Notes: generated from the sequence alone by a model not told the origin. A stretch of DNA of 64,000 nucleotides from Gammaproteobacteria bacterium (GCA_028819495.1 JAPPLI010000130.1:28649-92648); one strand, 5' to 3'. Shown: positions 28,801-39,700, counted from the stretch's first letter. Numbers and translations are program-made.

Positions 28801-29036
28801 TCAGGCCCATCATGATATCCAGCATCACCACCATCTTCGGCCTCTCGCCCCTGGTGTTCAGCCCGGGAGCGGGCACGGAGTTGTATCGCGGCCTGGGGGC
28901 CATAGTGATGTTCGGCCTGCTGTTCTCGACGCTGATCACGCTGACCTTCATGCCGACCCTGCTGTCGCTGACCTTGCAGTTCAGGGAACGGCTGGGACCG
29001 TCCGCAGATAAATTATCCGCAGATTACGCAGATTAG
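25851..29036 (+). CDS. RND efflux permease (AcrB/HAE family)
   Basis: 1061 aa with a 12-TM, two-large-loop architecture; MFRFAIEKPL...VITQWPGATPQDVE...LAGVAFAIGMTLDNSIVVLENI. The last 11 residues (SADKLSADYAD) are encoded by a type-2 repeat. Confidence 0.9.
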   Translation: MFRFAIEKPLIIAVAVLIICLFGLLAIFRVPIQMIPDLDVRVVTVITQWPGATPQDVEKEIIIEQEEYLRRIPGLERMISQARTGRAEIELEFPYGVEINEVLIRVNNALTQVPGYPENVDEPRLVTSTVSNNPFLFFLARPLPGNPQNVNMVEMRDFLEDNVRVQIERVPGVSEVRIWGGAERQIKVYVDPVKLAERQITLSEVRNAIRARNRDVSGGDLDSGKRRYLLRTVGRFSTTEDIENMVIAHRDGVFIRLRDLGYAELSTFEIQSYSYANGTPNISLGVRRQIGSNVVEVKEDVVKKVEQLNDGLLKERGLYMVLNADDVKYVTDSVVNVRKNLVIGALLATIVLFLFLRTPSATLIGAIGIPICTLAAFLGLLVSGRTINVISLAGVAFAIGMTLDNSIVVLENIYRHMASGKQRRRAAIDGVTEVWPALLASTLTTVLVFLPIIFIKQEAGQLYSDIAVAISASILMSLLVATLVVPTLCSRFLTPNRVEMSASSGLYAGGQRFGAALLRFVNWLMETVARRLALVAVVACVTLLIFASIPKAEYLPEGEEPKMFVQMYAPPGYNIDEMHGIFKDLEAYLLPYVGQDPELYARRESGLPGLKYVIGYASASRNIVIPEVTDIGQANDLLDLIVEKIREIPGVHAFASRGSIFSSNWGGSRSINLELSGADLVPLFDAGLKAFVQAQSVFENPQIRPEPSTLALGQPLVEVRPDWERASELGLDVGDLGYSIWAFSDGAFVDEFFLGDEKIDIFLYSTQGTIRQPEDVADIMLYSPTGGMVPLSAVAAVRQTVNTETIRRVDSSRTITLGIVPPRDIPLEQGVDMVRRGVIDELRASGEIGDDIAMRITGASDLLSATRNALKGNFIVAVFISYLLLVAIFSHWGYPLLVMTTVPVGIGGGLIGLWLLNAIGGNLSLLGLSDIYQPFDVITMLGFLILIGTVVNNPILIIDRTMRNVRTSGMASIDAVMESVRARLRPIMISSITTIFGLSPLVFSPGAGTELYRGLGAIVMFGLLFSTLITLTFMPTLLSLTLQFRERLGPSADKLSADYAD

Positions 29037-29146
29037 CGCAGATGAGGAGATAGGTGGGGTCAGAGTAAAATCGCCGAGGACGTGGGCAACAGCAGAGTCG
29101 GTGGTGATTTTACTCTGACCCCGGAATTTTAATCTGCAGATAAATC
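29001..29146. repeat. Composite repeat: type-2 arm, nested type-1 palindrome (29056-29122), truncated type-2 arm
   Basis: tccgcagataaattatccgcagattacgcagattagcgcagatg, then ggggtcagagtaaaatc...gattttactctgacccc, then aatctgcagataaatc. Confidence 0.85.
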
Positions 29147-29148
29147 TT

Positions 29149-30288
29149 ATGAATAACATACCCTTGGCTTTGTATGTACACCTGCCCTGGTGTGTCAGGA
29201 AATGTCCCTACTGTGATTTCAATTCCCATGAAATAAAAAACGGCTCCTTCCCGGAACGGGAATACGTGGATGCGGTGGTGCGGGACATCAAATTCAGCGC
29301 CGGCCTGTTCCGGGGGAGGAAGCTTGAGTCTGTCTTCCTTGGCGGCGGTACCCCCAGCCTCATATCGGTGCAGGGCATCGCCGCTATCCTGGAGGCGGCC
29401 GATGCCGTATCCGGGCTATGTTCCGGCACTGAAATTACCCTTGAAGCAAACCCCGGCGCCGCCGACAGCCTGCGCTTTGCCGGTTACCGGGGCCTGGGCG
29501 TGAACCGGCTTTCCATCGGCGCGCAGAGCTTCGATAACCATAAACTCAAGTCCATTGGCAGGATTCACGATGCCGCCGGGGCCCGGTCTGCGGTTGCGGC
29601 GGGCGCAGCCGCAGGTTTTGCCGATATCAATGTCGACCTCATGTACGGGCTGCCCGGCCAGACGGCCGAAGACGCCCTGGCGGACCTCAGCGCTGCGGTC
29701 AGTCTCGAATCGGCGCACATCTCCTGGTACCAGCTCACCATCGAACCCAATACCTTGTTCCACGCGAAACCGCCGCCGCTGCCCGGGGACGATCTCACCT
29801 GGGAGATGCAAAACTGCGGCGAGGAGTACCTGGCGGGGCAGGGCTACCGGCAATACGAGGTTTCGGCCTGGTCGAGGCCGGGCAGTGAATGCGGTCACAA
29901 CCTTAACTACTGGGAATTCGGCGATTATATCGGCGTTGGTGCCGGCGCCCACGGCAAGATTACCAACGGGACGGTAACCAGGCAGTCACGCCTGCGCGTG
30001 CCGCAGGGTTATATGCGCGCCGCCGGTTCGGATGCGGCCATAGCCGCAAAGAGAACGCTGAACGAGCAGGACTGCATCCTGGAATTCATGCTGAACGCCC
30101 TGCGTCTGAAAGACGGCGTACCATTGTCCCGGTTCAGCGCCAGGACCGGCCTGGCGCCGGCGCGCGTGCAGGCACAAGTCGACGCCGCCAGGGCGGACGG
30201 CCTGCTGGAAGACGAACCGTCACTGCTCAAGGCGACGGAAAAAGGCGCCCGCTACCTGAACGACTTGTTACAATACTTCATGTCCTGA
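29149..30288 (+). CDS. hemW: Radical SAM heme chaperone HemW (HemN-like)
   Basis: 379 aa with the CxxxCxxC cluster WCVRKCPYCDF. Conserved rdgB-hemW neighbourhood. Confidence 0.85.
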   Translation: MNNIPLALYVHLPWCVRKCPYCDFNSHEIKNGSFPEREYVDAVVRDIKFSAGLFRGRKLESVFLGGGTPSLISVQGIAAILEAADAVSGLCSGTEITLEANPGAADSLRFAGYRGLGVNRLSIGAQSFDNHKLKSIGRIHDAAGARSAVAAGAAAGFADINVDLMYGLPGQTAEDALADLSAAVSLESAHISWYQLTIEPNTLFHAKPPPLPGDDLTWEMQNCGEEYLAGQGYRQYEVSAWSRPGSECGHNLNYWEFGDYIGVGAGAHGKITNGTVTRQSRLRVPQGYMRAAGSDAAIAAKRTLNEQDCILEFMLNALRLKDGVPLSRFSARTGLAPARVQAQVDAARADGLLEDEPSLLKATEKGARYLNDLLQYFMS

Positions 30289-30309
30289 TTCATCAAACCC
30301 TGTTCGCGA

Positions 30310-30858
30310 ATGGATATCAAAAACCTCGTCACAAGCCGGCGCACCATACACCAGTTCAAGCCGGGCATCCTGCCGGATGAAGCCGTGGTGCGTGCGGCCA
30401 TGGAACAGGCCGTATGGGCGCCGAACCATTACCTGACGCAACCCTGGCGCTTCTACCTGCTGGGTGAGCAGAGCAAGGAGCGCATCTGCCTGCTGAACGC
30501 AAGGCTCGTCAATGATAAACAAGGGAAGCGGGCCGCGGATATCAAGCTCAGGCGCTGGCGGGAAGTGCCCGGCTGGCTGGCGCTGACCTGCCTGAAATCG
30601 GGTGACGCGGTCACCATGCAGGAGAACTATGCCTCCTGTTGCTGCGCTGCCCAGAACCTGATGCTGCTGTTGTGGGATGAGGGTATCGGGGTTAAATGGA
30701 CCACCGGCGCAGTGACCAGGACCAGCGAGTTTTATCACATCATCGGAGCGGACCCCGACCGGGAAGATCTGGTGGGGTTGTTCTGGTACGGCTTCCCGGC
30801 TGAGGTGCCGGCGGCGCAGCGCCCGGCCCTGGAGCAGGTCCTTACCCAACTCCCCTGA
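30310..30858 (+). CDS. Nitroreductase family protein
   Basis: 182 aa. SRRTIHQFKP...APNHYLTQPWRF is a nitroreductase-fold signature. Confidence 0.8.
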   Translation: MDIKNLVTSRRTIHQFKPGILPDEAVVRAAMEQAVWAPNHYLTQPWRFYLLGEQSKERICLLNARLVNDKQGKRAADIKLRRWREVPGWLALTCLKSGDAVTMQENYASCCCAAQNLMLLLWDEGIGVKWTTGAVTRTSEFYHIIGADPDREDLVGLFWYGFPAEVPAAQRPALEQVLTQLP

Positions 30859-30867
30859 AACGGCGCA

Positions 30868-32031
30868 ATGGGCTACCTGACGGAAGAACGGATCATGCTG
30901 CGGGACGCTGCCCGGGAGTTTGCCCTGAAGGAAGTGCTGCCCGTGGCGAACAGGCTCGATCCGGAGAAGGGCGACATTCCCCCCGAACTGATAGAGAAGC
31001 TTGCGCAACTGGGTTATTTCGGAATCATGATCCCGGAGGAGTACGGCGGGATGGGTCTGGGGTGCTTCGAATACTGCCTGGTCAGCCAGGAACTGTCCAG
31101 GGCCTGGATGAGCGTGGGCAGCATCATTCGTTCCGGCAATATCCTGATCGGATCCAACGAACTCAGCGAGGAACGCAGAAAAAAATACCTCACCAGGGCG
31201 GCCAGGGGCGAATTTCTCGGCGCGCTCGCCATGTCCGAACCCAATGCCGGTTCGGACGTAGGCAATATCTCCACCCGGGCGGTAAAAAAGGGCGATCACT
31301 GGTCTATCACCGGCAGCAAGTACTGGTGCACCTTCGCCGACGGGGCCGATTACATCACGGTGGTCGCGCGTACGGACCCTGACGTCGACCCGGGCCGTAA
31401 ACACCGGGGACTGAGCGTTTTCCTGGTCGAAAAACCCCGCGGTGAACTGCCCCGGGGGGTCAGCGGCAACCCGATCCCCAAGATCGGCTATTACGGCTGG
31501 AAGACCTGGGAACTGGCTTTCGACGATGCGCGCGTTCCCCTGGACGCAATCATCGGCGCCGAGGGCCGGGGCTTTTATATCATTTCCAGGGAGCTAGAGA
31601 CCGGTCGCGCCCATACCGCGGCCCGCGCCATCGGGGTGGCGCAGGGGGCTTATGAAGACGCGCTGGCCTACGCACAGGAAAGAGAGCAGTTCAACCGGCC
31701 CATAGCCGATTTCCAGGCCATCCGCTTCAAACTGGCAAAAATGAAAATAGAGATAGAGGCGGCGCAACAACTGATGTATTACGTGTGTGACGCCATCGAC
31801 AGCGGCAGGCGCTGCGACCGGGAGGCGGCGATGGTGAAATATTATGCCGGGGAGATGGCCGAACGCGTGACCAGCGAGGCCCTGCAGATCCACGGCGGAG
31901 CGGGTTACACCACCCACTTTGCCGCGGAACGCTACTGGCGGGACGCCCGCCTGACGAAAATCTTTGAAGGGACTTCGGAAATTCAACTGCGCATTGTTTC
32001 CGACCACATCCTGGGAAAGGCCGGGCAATGA
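30868..32031 (+). CDS. Acyl-CoA dehydrogenase
   Basis: 387 aa. MSEPNAGSD, YWCTF and the C-terminal RDARLTKIFEGTSEIQ (catalytic Glu context). Confidence 0.85.
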   Translation: MGYLTEERIMLRDAAREFALKEVLPVANRLDPEKGDIPPELIEKLAQLGYFGIMIPEEYGGMGLGCFEYCLVSQELSRAWMSVGSIIRSGNILIGSNELSEERRKKYLTRAARGEFLGALAMSEPNAGSDVGNISTRAVKKGDHWSITGSKYWCTFADGADYITVVARTDPDVDPGRKHRGLSVFLVEKPRGELPRGVSGNPIPKIGYYGWKTWELAFDDARVPLDAIIGAEGRGFYIISRELETGRAHTAARAIGVAQGAYEDALAYAQEREQFNRPIADFQAIRFKLAKMKIEIEAAQQLMYYVCDAIDSGRRCDREAAMVKYYAGEMAERVTSEALQIHGGAGYTTHFAAERYWRDARLTKIFEGTSEIQLRIVSDHILGKAGQ

Positions 32032-32056
32032 CCATGCTCCTGCAACCTTATCAAAC

Positions 32057-35000
32057 ATGTTCAGGTTTGCCATAGAGAAGCCGCTGATCGTCGCGGTGGC
32101 GGTGCTGATCATCTGCCTGTTCGGCATCCTTGCCGTTTTTCGCGTGCCCATACAGATGATCCCGGATCTCGACGTGCGGGTGGTGACCGTGATAACCAAG
32201 TGGCCCGGCGCCACGCCCCAGGACGTGGAAAAGGAGATCATCGTCGAACAGGAGGAATACCTGCGCCGGATTCCGGGTCAGGACCGCATGATCTCCCGGG
32301 CGGTGACCGGCCTGGGCGAGATCAAGCTGGAGTTCCCTTACGGCACGGACATCAACGAGGTCCTGATCCGGGTAAACAATGCCCTGACCCAGGTCCCCGG
32401 CTACCCGGAAAACGTCGATGAACCCCGTCTCGTCGCCAACTCCGCGGAGAACCCGTTCATGTTCTTCTCCACGCAGCCCCTGCCGGGCAATCCGCAGGGC
32501 ATCGACATGGTGGAAATGCGCGATTTCCTGGAAGATAACGTGCGCGTGCAGCTTGAGCGGGTCTGGGGCGTCTCGGAAGTCACCATGTACGGCGGGGCGG
32601 AGCGGCAGGTCAAGATATACGTGGACCCGGTAAAGCTGGTCGAACGCCGGATCACGCTGTCCGAGGTGCGCAACGCCATCCGCGCCCGCAACCGGGATGT
32701 GTCCGGCGGCGATCTTGATAGCGGCAAGCGCCGTTACCTGCTCAGGACCATTGGGCGCTTTGAGACCACCGCGGACATGGAAAACATGGTGGTCGCCCGC
32801 CGTGACGGCGCGTTCGTGCGTTTGCGCGACCTGGGCCATGTCGAACTGTCCACGTTCGAGATTGACACCTACTTCTACTCGCACGGGGTACAGACCGTGA
32901 GCCTTGGGGTAAGCCGGCAGATCGGCGCCAACGTGGTGGAAGTCAAGGACAGGGTCCTGGAAAAAGTCGAAGAACTGAATAACGGCCTGTTGCAGGAGCG
33001 CGGCATGCGCATGCAGTACAACTTCGATGACGTCCAGTACATCACCGACTCCGTGAGCAACGTGCGCAATAATCTGGTCCTCGGCGCCCTGCTGGCCACG
33101 CTGGTCCTGTACCTGTTCCTCAGGACGCCATCCGCCACCCTCATCGGCGCCCTGGGCATTCCCGTCTGCACCCTCGCGGCCTTCCTGGGCCTGCTCATCA
33201 GCGGGCGCACCATCAATGTGATCTCGCTGGCCGGGATCGCCTTTGCCATCGGCATGACGCTGGACAACAGCATCGTGGTGCTGGAAAACATCTACCGGCA
33301 CCGGACAGCCGGCAAGGACCGCCGGCGCGCCGCGCTGGACGGGGTTGCAGAGGTGTGGCCGGCGCTGCTGGCATCCACGCTGACGACGGTGTTCGTATTT
33401 ATCCCGATCATTTTCATCAGGCAGGAGGCCGGGCAGTTGTATTCCGATATAGCTGTCGCCATTTCCGCATCCATACTGATGTCACTGCTGGTTGCGACCC
33501 TGGTGGTGCCGACCCTGTGCAGCCGGTTTCTTGCGCTGAACAGGGCCGAACCCGCGGCCGTTGCCGGGTTGTACGTTGCGGGACAGCGGGTCGGCGGGAT
33601 GCTGATCCGGTTCGTACAGTGGTTGATGAAGGGAATGACGCGCCGGCTGGGCCTGGTAGTCCTGGTAGGCTGCATCACCGCGCTCATCTTTGCCGCCATC
33701 CCCAAGGCGGAATACCTGCCGGAGGGAGAGGAACAGAAGATATTCGTCCGCTTGTTTGCGCCGCCGGGCTACAACATCGATGAGATGCACGCGATCCACA
33801 AGAGTGTAGACGACTTCCTGGTGCCCCATATCGGCGAGGACCCGGACAAGTACGCCAGTGGGGAATCCGGCTTCCCCGGCCTGAATTATGTTATCGGCTA
33901 TGCAACCTCCTCGCGCAGCGTGCTCATGCCGGAGGCCACGTCCCCGGACCAGGTTGATGACATGCTCGACATCGTGATGGGGAAGATCCGGGAGATCCCG
34001 GGAATACATGCGTTTGCGTCCAGGGGCTCGCTGTTTTCCGGCAACATGGGCGGTTCGAGAAGCATCAACCTGGAGTTGAGCGGCGCCGACCTGGTGCCCC
34101 TGTTCGACGCCGGTCTCAAGGCCTTTGTCCAGGCGCGCTCGGTATTCGAGAACCCGCAGATCCGCGCCCAACCCCCCGGCTTGACCATAGGGCAACCGCT
34201 GGTGGAGATACTCCCCGACTGGGAACGGGCCGGTGAACTGGGCATTGACGCCGGCGACCTGGGCTACGCCATCTGGGCCTTCTCGGACGGCGCGTTCGTG
34301 GATGAGTTCTTCCTGGGTGACGAGAAGATCGACATGTTCCTGTACTCCACCCGGGGCACCATCTCGCAACCGGAGGACGTGGACGACATAATGCTGTACT
34401 CGCCGCGCGGCGGCGTGGTGCCGCTGAGCGCAGTGGCGGAGGTGCGGCAGACCGTGAATACCGAGACCATCCGCTGAGTGGACAGCGAGAGGACCATTAC
34501 CCTGGGCATCGTCCCGCCGCGGGACATACCGCTGGAGCAGGGTGTGGACATGGTCCGGCGCGGCATTATCGACGAACTGAGGGCGAGCGGTGAAATCGGG
34601 GACGGCATCAGCATGCGCATCACCGGGGCCAGCGACCAACTCGAAGATACCCGGGATGCCCTGAAAGGGAATTTCATCATCGCCGTGTTCATTTCCTACC
34701 TGTTGCTGGTGGCCATCTTCTCCCACTGGGGCTACCCGCTGCTGGTGATGACCACCGTTCCCGTCGGCATCGGCGGGGGTCTGTTCGGACTGTGGCTGCT
34801 GAACGCCGTAGGCGGCAACCTGTCACTGCTTGGACTCGATGACGTACAGCAGTCCTTCGACGTGATCACCATGCTGGGTTTTCTGATCCTCATCGGCACG
34901 GTGGTGAACAACCCGATCCTGATCATCGACCGCACCATGCGCAACATCAAGACCAAGGGTATGGCATCGGTCGATGCGGTTCTGGAGAGCACCCGTGCCC

Positions 35001-35239
35001 GGCTCAGGCCGATCATGATATCCAGCATCACGACCATCTTCGGCCTGTCGCCCCTGGTGTTCAATCCCGGCGCCGGCACCGAACTCTACCGCGGCCTGGG
35101 CGCCATCGTGATGTTCGGCCTGCTGTTCTCAACGCTGATCACCCTGACCTTCATGCCGACCCTGCTCTCGCTCACCCTCCAGGCCAGGGAACGCCTGGGA
35201 CTGTCCGCAGATAAATTATCCGCAGATTACGCAGATTAG
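32057..35239 (+). pseudogene. Second RND permease paralogue with an in-frame TGA (34475-34477); no cognate adaptor gene
   Basis: Same start context (aaacATGttcaggtttgcc) and, by eye, roughly four of five residues identical to 25851-29036. ETIR-stop-VDSERTITLG here versus ETIRRVDSSRTITLG in the intact copy. The ORF-track start at 31964 would overlap the ACAD gene and is rejected. Confidence 0.8.
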
Positions 35240-35385
35240 CGCAGATGAAGAGATGGGTGGGGTCAGAGTAAAATCACCCCGGTCCCACCAGTGGCCACGA
35301 TGGTAACGATTTTACTCTGACCCCGGAATTCATTCATAAATCAAAAAAATAATCTGCGTTCATCTGCGTCATCTGCGGATAAATC
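35204..35385. repeat. Composite repeat: type-2 arm, nested type-1 palindrome (35259-35324), type-2 arm
   Basis: Same left arm as 29001-29044; right arm aatctgcgttcatctgcgtcatctgcggataaatc abuts the permease stop. Confidence 0.85.
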
Positions 35386-36721
35386 ACTTGCCGCGGGTTT
35401 TTGTCAATTCCAGGATAAGGGTCATGAGGATGATGAGGAAACCGCCGGCGTTCATGCCGTTGCGCAGCAGGCCGCCGGCGAATTCGTCGAGGTAAGCCGG
35501 GAATATCAGGCCGTACTGGCAGCCGGTCCCGGCCAGGAACGCGACGCCGGTGATAAGCCCCTTGCCGGTGTCCATGCCGTCATCGATGATCATCTTCAAG
35601 CCTATCATGAACAGCAGCGCAAGCATGATGAACAGGTAGCCCGCGAACACGGAATCCGGTATGGCCAGGACCACGGCGACGAGCTTCGGCAGGAATGCCA
35701 GGATGATGAAGGCCGCCCCGGTGGCTACGCCGACGTTGCGGGCCGCCACCCTGCTGAGTTCGGTCATGGACACGCTGGTCGTTATGGCTGATCCCGGTAC
35801 CGTACCCATCAACCCGGACACCATGTTACCCACGCCGTCCACGTTCAGGGCGCCCTGTACCGCGCTGAAATCCACGGGCCGCTCATCCCGCCAGGATACG
35901 CGCTGGATGGCAATGGCGCTGCTCATGGTGCGGATGCCGGCAACCAGGGCCACCAGCCGGAACGAAGGGAGCAGCGTCCAGAAGGCCGGCCCGAAATCGA
36001 GATCATGGCCCGGCCAGCGGTTCTCGGGAACATCGAACCAGGCGGCGCCGGCAACGCGGCCGATGTCGTACAGGCCGAACGTTGCGGCGATTACCGAGCC
36101 GGTCACGACGCCGATCACCGCCCCCCACACGCGCATGCCTACAGGCGCCTTCAGGGCGAACGCGCAAATCACCAGCGCCGTGATGAGAAAACTCAGCGCA
36201 GAGCCGGGCGGGGCGCTGCCGTCAACCGCGCTGCCAAGCAGTTCGGAGACTACCGGCAGTATCGTGATGGGTATCAGCATGATGATCGTCCCCGAGACCG
36301 TGGGTGTCAGGATGCGCCGGAACAGCTGTAGCTTCTAGGATAACGCCGGTGGGACCAGGGACGCAATAACGACCAGGGTGGCCATCATGGCCGGGCCGCC
36401 CGCCGCGAGCGCCATGATGCACACGGGGATGAAGGCCGCCGAAGAGCACATCACGATGATGTGGCCGGCGCCGATACGTCCGAAACGGAGGGCCTGCAAT
36501 ATCGTGGTCATGCCGCAGATCATGACCGCGGTGAGCACGGCCCAGGACAGGTAGGCTTCGGTTTCGCCCGCGGCGCGCACGATGACCGTGGGGACAAGCA
36601 CCACCGCAGCGATATTGAGCCCGGCGAGCTGCAGGCCGAGGCTTATGACAAGCGCCAGGGGAGGATTTTCATCGGGCTGGTATTGCACGCCCGTCCCGTC
36701 TCCTGTCCGGTTGCCGGTCAT
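35384..36721 (-). pseudogene. NCS2 (xanthine/uracil permease family) transporter with an in-frame TAG (36335-36337)
   Basis: ORF-track fragments 36335-36721 and 35384-36280 are contiguous in one frame: ...SLVPPALS-stop-KLQLFRRILTPTVSGTIIMLIPITILP... A multi-TM Xan_ur_permease-like sequence. Confidence 0.75.
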
Positions 36722-36732
36722 TGCATATCCGG

Positions 36733-39700
36733 TTATTCGATCCAGTAACGCCGGCGCTGGAACGGATAGCCGGGCAACGGGATGCGGCGCCGGTTTTCTC
36801 CCGCAAACAGTTCGGTAAAGGAAACCATCTCGCCGGCTTCGTAGGCCTGCGCTGCCGCTTGCGCCGCCGCATTCCCGTCTCCCGCCGCTGCTTCGCCGCC
36901 GGACGGCCGGTACGCGCCTGATGGTTCAACCGGTGTCAGCGCGGTTGCGTCCGTTTGCGCAAGCGCCTCCAACCCTTCACGGAGCGACGCCGGGTCGTTG
37001 AATACTATGCCCTTGCGGTATGTAAAATGCGACCTCCCTACACCCGCGGTCCAGGCCATGTCGGCCAGCAACGTAGCGGCAGCGTCGCCGTCGGACGGGC
37101 TTTCTTCAATACGTTCGTCCAGCCATAACAGGTAGCGTTGCGCCAGTTCCCTGAGCGCCTCGCCGGTTTTGCCCGAGAGCGGCAGGAACCGGTCCTGTCC
37201 GTCCCGCGGGTTATCTTCTGGCGCAGGCGGGTCCGTATATCCCTCGATCACGACATGCGCGTTTGTGCCCGATATCCCGAATGAACTGACTGCCGCCCCG
37301 AGAGGTCGCTCGGGATGGCGCGGCCAGTCAACCATGTCCGAAACAACGCGTACCGGGAGGCGGTCCCATTCCAGGTTCGGGTTCGGGTCCCGGAAATGCA
37401 GTTGTTTGGGAATCACTCCGTACTTCATTGCCAGGACTACCTTGATGATACCGGCGACTCCGGCGGCCGTTTCCAGGTGGCCGATATTGGTTTTCACCGA
37501 ACCGATCAGCAGCGGGCTATCCTCCTGCCGCCCGTTCCCATAAGCCGATGCCGCCGCCTGCACCTCGATCGGGTCGCCAAGGGCCGACCCGGCGCCATGG
37601 GCTTCCAGGTAGTCCACTTGTGCCGGCTCAATGCCGGCCTGCGCCAGCGCCGTTTCGATGACCCGTTCCTGCCCCGGGCCGTTCGGCGCCGTCGGTCCGG
37701 CGCTCGGCCCGTTCTGGTTGACCGCCGCGCCGCGCACCACGGCCCGGATATGGTCGCCATCAGCTTGCGCCTCGGACAGGCGTTTCAGTACCAGCATTCC
37801 GCAACCCTCACCGCGCGCAAAGCCATCGGCGGAAGCATCGAAGGTCTTGCAGCGCTGTTCCTTCGACAGCATGCCCAGTTCCGCCATTTCGCGTGTTTTC
37901 CCGGGCGACAGTACCGTGTTCACCCCGCCGGCCAGCGCCAGGTTTACCTCGCCCTGGCGCAGCGCCGTCAGGGCATGGTGTACGGAGACCAGCGAAGATG
38001 CGCAATTGAGTTCCACGGGCACCGCCGGGCCGGTAAGACCCAGTTTGAACGATACCCCGCCGACGGCCATACTGTTGGCAGTGCCGACGTAGCTGATACT
38101 GCTTCCGGCGGCAAGCATCAGGTCCCGGTACTCGCTGGAGGCGACGCCGGCGAACACGCCGGTGTTGCTGCCTCTCAGGTCGTCCGGGTTAATCCCTGCA
38201 TCTTCCAGGGCATGCCAGCTCGTTTCCAGGAGCAGGCGGTGTTGCGGGTCCGTGGCGCGCGCGCTGATCGGCGATATCCCGAAGAAACGGGCGTCAAACA
38301 GGTCTATCCCCTCGATGAAACCAGCGCGCCGTAAGGCGCTGTCGCTTTGGGCAGGATCTCCGGTAACGCCTTCCCAGGAACCGGGATCCCGGCGCCCGTC
38401 CGTCACCGCGTCTACGCCGGCTTCGAGCAGGCGCCAGAAGGACTGAAGATCCGGCGCGCCCGGGAAACGGCACGCCATGCCGATGATCGCGATGCCGTCG
38501 TCCCCGCTGCCCGGTGAAGGGCCGGGCCCGGTCACGATCTGCGCCCCGGGTTGTGTTTCAGGTTGTGGCTCGGGTTGTGGCCAGGGTTGTGCCGGGGCGG
38601 CGGGCATGTCGATAGCCTCTCCCAGTTCTCCAACAAGATGCCCGGCGAGAGTGGAGATATCGGGGTAGTCGAACACAACGGTGTTGGATGCTGTGTATTC
38701 CCCGGAAAACGCCCGGTTCAGCCGGTTGCGCAATTCCACCGCCATCAGCGAGTCCATCCCCAGGTCAAAGAAACCCACTTTGGGTTCAGGCGCACTCTGC
38801 AGCCGCAGCACCGCCTGTACTTCCTGTTGCAGGAAGGACGCGAGCAGTTCCTCATGCATTGTTGCCGGCGCTTCCCGCAGGGAGGTAAGCAGATCGTCCG
38901 GCGAGGCTACGTTCTTGGCTATGTCGTCTGAGTCTGTGGATAACAGGTCTTCCAGCAGGGGCGGACGCTCTTCTACAGCCTCCTCGAATACCGACCAGCC
39001 CATCGACATCACCACGGCGGTCGTGGCGTCCTGGCGCACCAGCCGGTCAAGCGCCCTGATACCCTGCTGCGGGGTAAACCAGCGCCCGCCGAGCGCCGAG
39101 CGTTGCCGGTCAATCCGGTCCCGCTGCTCAGCCGCCTCACCGATATCCGACCAAGCCCCCCAGGCGATGGCCTGACCCGGCAAGCCCAGCGCGCGCCGGT
39201 GACCGGCGAGCTGGTCCAGGAAGGCATTGGCCGCGGCATGGTTGGCCTGTCCCGGGTTGCCCATCACGCCGACCCGGCTGGAGAACAGGATAAAGAAATC
39301 CAGGTCGCGATCGGCAGTCGCGCGATGCAGGTGCCAGCCCCCCAGTATTTTCGGCCACAATACTTCCTCAAACCTGTCCCAACTCTGGTTGGTCAGCGCG
39401 CCGTCCGACAGCACGCCCACGCTATGTATCACGCCTCCCAACGGCGGCAGTTCCCGGTTCACGCGCGCCAGCATACCGTCCACGGCAGCCATATCCGTCA
39501 TGTCCGCCAGTTCAACCTGTACCCTCACGCCCCGGTCCTTCAGCGCCTCGATTACCTCTTGCGCGGCGGCGTCCGGGTCCCGGCGCCCGTTCAGCACGAT
39601 GATGCCCGCGCCATGGTCGGCAAGCCAGCCGGCGACGGCGCATCCGATCCCGCCCAGGCCGCCGGTTACCAGGTAGGTCCGGTCCTGCCGCAGCCGGTCC

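Noticed and set aside
31964-32056. ORF-track 5' extensions: 31964 for the RND paralogue, 53010 for IOR, 8251 for hsdS, 61945 for bkdR, 58224 for gloB, 788 for the PRT, 48890 for phd.
   Set aside because: The extensions overlap upstream genes or repeat elements and lack homology to the family N-termini. Internal starts match paralogues or family N-termini, and several have SD-like sequences or tight coupling to the upstream stop.
34475-34477. In-frame TGA of the second RND permease as selenocysteine or programmed readthrough.
   Set aside because: The intact paralogue has Arg at this position in a periplasmic-loop context with no redox role. I see no SECIS-like hairpin immediately downstream, so a nonsense mutation is the simpler reading.
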